A stretch of 64,000 bases of DNA from the NCBI RefSeq assembly GCF_009914755.1, contig NC_060933.1, one strand, 5' to 3'. This stretch comes from the human T2T-CHM13v2.0 reference genome, Homo sapiens. Positions 60,051-64,000 of this stretch are shown here, piece after piece. The stretch's first letter is position 1. Each line of letters begins with the position of its first letter. A model generated the notes under the pieces. That model made no database searches. It was not told the origin of the DNA and saw only the letters and a list, made by a program, of their open reading frames with translations. The translations under genes were made by a program, and so were the position numbers.

Positions 60051-63000
60051 TTATCCTAATCACAAGAGTAGCCTTGCTATTCCCTTAGTTTATGAAAAAC
60101 GGCAAAGGCAAAGAAAATGAACCAAATCAAATGGCAATCAAGGGGCAACAATTGATGTTAATTTCTTCTAGTTTTGAGATTTCTCATGCTTCCAAGCATG
60201 GAAATTATGAACCTCATAAATATGCTAAACTTTAGGTTCATGTTATTGCCTACCTGTAATGAATCAGAAAAAAAATATCTGAGTGGTCTCTATAATTAAA
60301 ATATGAACAACTTTAAAACTTCATGCAAAGGACTTTATTTGGATGCAGGGACTTACCCAGTATGACTCTGAGCAAGCCAATGGGAACAAAAAGGAGCTTT
60401 GCTCGAAAGAAAGATTAACAACTAATAGTAACTTCCAATCACATAGATGCTAAAGGTAACTCTTCTCTGCATTCGAAGATACCAAATAATTTCTCCACAG
60501 CAGTAGAAAAAATTCTATTGCTGGAATATATCACAAGTAAAAATTGACTACGGTGCAAAATAACCAATCACTTGGAAATCAATTGCCTATACAGCTAGCT
60601 AATAAAAACAGAAGAAATAACACATTTTCCATTTAATTATGTCATTGGTTTATGCTTCAGAGTTCTAAAAAAGCATCTTTAAATCTTCTGTAACAAAAAC
60701 AAACACATCAGTGTACCCATCCTATATTTTCTTGGTACATTCTAGACGTTGTACTAATACCCATAATTTTCAAAAATTACTGGCCGGGAATGGTGAAAGG
60801 GAGAGGGAAATCAGTGGTTAAAATAAAAACTTGAGCAAACAAAAAAACTATTTTAAAATTACTGAGAGCTGGTTATTAGGGACATGGTTTCTTGAACTGA
60901 ATTATCACATTTAAAATTCGTGACCCAAAACTGTTGCTCTTCTCAGCTGCGCAATTGACACCCACCAGCATGGTGTGTGTTGGAAGTAGAGATGCCTTTT
61001 TTAAGATCTGTTAATTTAACTTATGTAAATTAATCAGCTGAAACAGAATTTTACCATTTGGATGTCTTTATTAACTGAAAAGTCAGGTGTTGAAATACTT
61101 TTAAATCCTATTATTCTGTTCTTCTGCTGGTGTAATGTGGGAAGAGTCTCACTTGTTAATTATATTGTGTATAAAAAATAAAAAAATAATTCAATTGAAA
61201 GAAATAAAATATCCTATATCAGTACTTCTTTGCATGTAAAGTTATGCCCACAGAGAAATACAGCATTTGCTATCACAAAACCAGCCTTGTCCTGGTCATA
61301 ATCCTAGAGTCACAAGTTATGATGACAGAACTATTTTCTTTTGCAAGATACTGCTTTCTACTGTAAGTAAATAAAATATCTTGCTACTCTACCATCAGCA
61401 CTCAACATTATGCAAATACTGCTTAAAGATATCTACACAGAAACTCTCTAGAAAATCATAAGAGACCTCAATTCTTGTCATTTTAGAGTAACTTTCCAAA
61501 ATAATGTTCTGGTATCACTTAATGTGCAATTCAGAATTGCTGTTTTTTAGATGACACATCGTTGCAAATTATTTCTTCAGAAATATTCCCTCCCAACCCC
61601 TTAACTTACTGTAATAATGTTAAATTAAAAGACCTATTTTCAACTCACAAGTTATTCCTAAAATTTATAATGATATTTACTTGTGAGAAAATGTGATATC
61701 ACAAATATTTCACAGACCTGAGTCTTCAAATATGTTAGAAATGGAGAACTCTACACTCTAGTTAAATACCCCATTTATGTATCTGTATCTTTGCTATGGA
61801 TTTTAAACACCAAAAGGGCCTTCTACAATTTCTATTCTTATTTATATTTATCATACTAATGTTGAAAATCACTATATATATTTTTGCAAATTAGATGTAT
61901 CATCTTATACTTTTTTATTTCTAGATTCTAATGTTCTTGAGAATCTTTTGGGCATTGTAAAATTGGATATGAATTTTGCTTGGAAGCACACTTTGTTGAA
62001 AGCTGAAATGAAGATATTAATTCTTATCTCATAAGCAACTGGAAAAATACAAATAATATTTATGAAGTAAATAATTATGATTCAGTAAGTGTCTTAATAA
62101 ATAATGAGGGCAAAAAACCAACACTATAAAGAACATTCTGATTTAAACTGATTGAAGGGTCTTTAGAAAATATTTAAGGACTGAACAAAAACAAATTCAA
62201 TAAAAATATAAGAAATAGCCATTTAGGAATTAAGCGAGGGAAGAATGGCACAAAAGGGAAAGCTCGTGATCAGTTTGCAGCTGAGCTGTCACTGCTGAGT
62301 GTTAGTGACTTGAGTCACAGTCATCAATAAGGCAGACTATTTGGTGCATGCCTGAGATAGAGGCAAGGTACAATCAAGACAAACAAGACATCCATCATGT
62401 TTTCAATACCCAGAGACTCTATGCTGTAAGTTACCTCTGTCTCAAACTGCAAGGATAAAAAGCTTAACAGCTCTAGGAGAAAATATTGCCACATGTGGAA
62501 ATGGTTTAGGAAAAAGACTCCACTTGCTGGAGGCATTGGCAAAATGCTTGCAACTCATGCAGATGAGGAACAAGAAGAAGGTAGGGAAGTCTTAAAAATG
62601 GAAACTGTAGCAAGATGAAAAGAATTCAGGATAATGCATTGGAAAACAAAGAGGGTTTGTCTTTTGATGAAAAGCATGAACTCTGCACATATTAAAAAAA
62701 AAAAAAAAAAGGCTTATGGGACCTTCAAAATGGACCCAGCGAGCCTAGTGCCTGGAAACCCTAACTTGCTAACACTGTTGTCCACCAAACACAGCTTTAT
62801 GAGTAAGTGGATTAACTATATAGCCAATGAAGAGGAACATGAAGGAGAATTTGTCTGAGTTTTTTTATTCCTTCTAATATCATGCTAATATATTAGAAAG
62901 CTCCATAGATGGGGGTAGCATTGCAAGATAAGGGTAATTAACTGAATTATATTATATCTTATATATATTTATCTTTCTCTTAAATCTATATTCAAATTCC

Positions 63001-63059
63001 CGTGCAATTTTTTATCTCCCAGCACCCATTTTAGATGTTAAGTAATGTTACACAAAAGT

Positions 63060-63720
63060 TAATTAATTAATTTATTTAACCACTAGGGATTTCTCTGTGC
63101 CAGAGACTGTACCAGGACCCCAGGCAATGAGTAGTCACTCAAAGAAGCAGGAAGCCTTTTTTATTGAATTTAATGATCATGACAGATATTTGTCCAATAA
63201 ATGCAGAATAGTGTAATTTGAAATTTCATTTTATTTGAAGAATAGATAGGAAGATGTAAGGGCTAAAGCAAAGGAATCTGATCAAGTATCAGGGCATATG
63301 GCATGCAAATGGAGAAGAGATGTGTGATGAGGAGTTAAATTGGTGAAGATATGAAGTGGAATGAAATTCTAGACAGGAGGCTGGGCAGGCCTAATACCCT
63401 GATATTGGGGGAAACATTCTAGGTAGAACCTAATGCAGATAGTACAGGTAGTAACAAGAAGAACATTTGCAGATGAGCCATCCTTCAGGGGCTTACAGGT
63501 CATGAGGTCTAAGTAAGGTGTTTGAGCATTAGCTAAATAACTGGCAAATGGTTTTAAGCAGAAAGGTAGCATGACTGGACTATAGCTGCACTTGATGAAG
63601 GTCGTTCTGACTTGACAGGCAAATGGATAAAGAAAGCTTGGGGTTGCGGTGGGGTCATCAGTAATATTGTCAGTAAGAATGCTTAGGAGATTCTTAGACT
63701 AGAGTGATGCTCATGGCTAT
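63060..63720 (-). mobile_element. L2 3' fragment
   Basis: atttatttaac...ctctgtgccagagactgt; ggttttaagcagaaaggtagcatgact. Confidence 0.55.
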
Positions 63721-63784
63721 GCACATCCTTTTCTTCATTTCCCCAAGCTTTGAACATTGAGTAACCCAGACATGCATCCAGTGC

Positions 63785-64000
63785 CCTCTTTTCTTCTTTT
63801 TGTATGCTCACTATATGGGCACTCCTCAAGTATCATGGTTTAAAAATCATCTAGAACCTGATTTTTCCAAATTCATGTCTCTGTCTTGAACCTAACACTT
63901 GAACTCCTGAAATTACCTCCATTTTAACTTCCAATATGCATTTAAAATTTAACATGTCCAATTCAATTCTTGATTTGGAAACCTCCATATTTGGTCTTCC
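63785..64000 (+). mobile_element. L2 fragment
   Basis: tcatggttttaaaaatcatcta...ccaaattcatgtctct...aaatttaacatgtccaa. Confidence 0.6.

Overview
AT-rich, CpG-poor primate genomic DNA, almost certainly human because it carries an Alu with all six AluYg6 diagnostic changes. There is no CpG island, recognisable host coding exon, RNA gene or CRISPR array. Most ORFs in the track are Alu, L1, MaLR or ERV translations, and I recognise none of the rest. The window is a dense record of retroelements: 12 Alu/FAM copies, young L1PA/L1PB insertions (three with twin-priming 5' inversions), old L1M/L2/MIR remnants, a two-LTR THE1D-type MaLR, several solo LTRs, and an ancient class I (ERV1) provirus at 30539-38728 with both LTRs and pro/pol/env remnants, nested among other elements. 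The most notable observations are: two independent inverted L1s whose inverted arms end at the same ORF2 position; an L1 inversion with a ~1.1 kb gap; a young 71-bp locally templated duplicate; a tandem duplication of the env immunosuppressive/CC region; an L1 insertion-mediated deletion; and a strong minus-strand bias of LTRs that hints at a plus-strand host transcript. I found no convincing new biological system. Subfamily names come from remembered consensus sequences, and boundaries of old elements are approximate.
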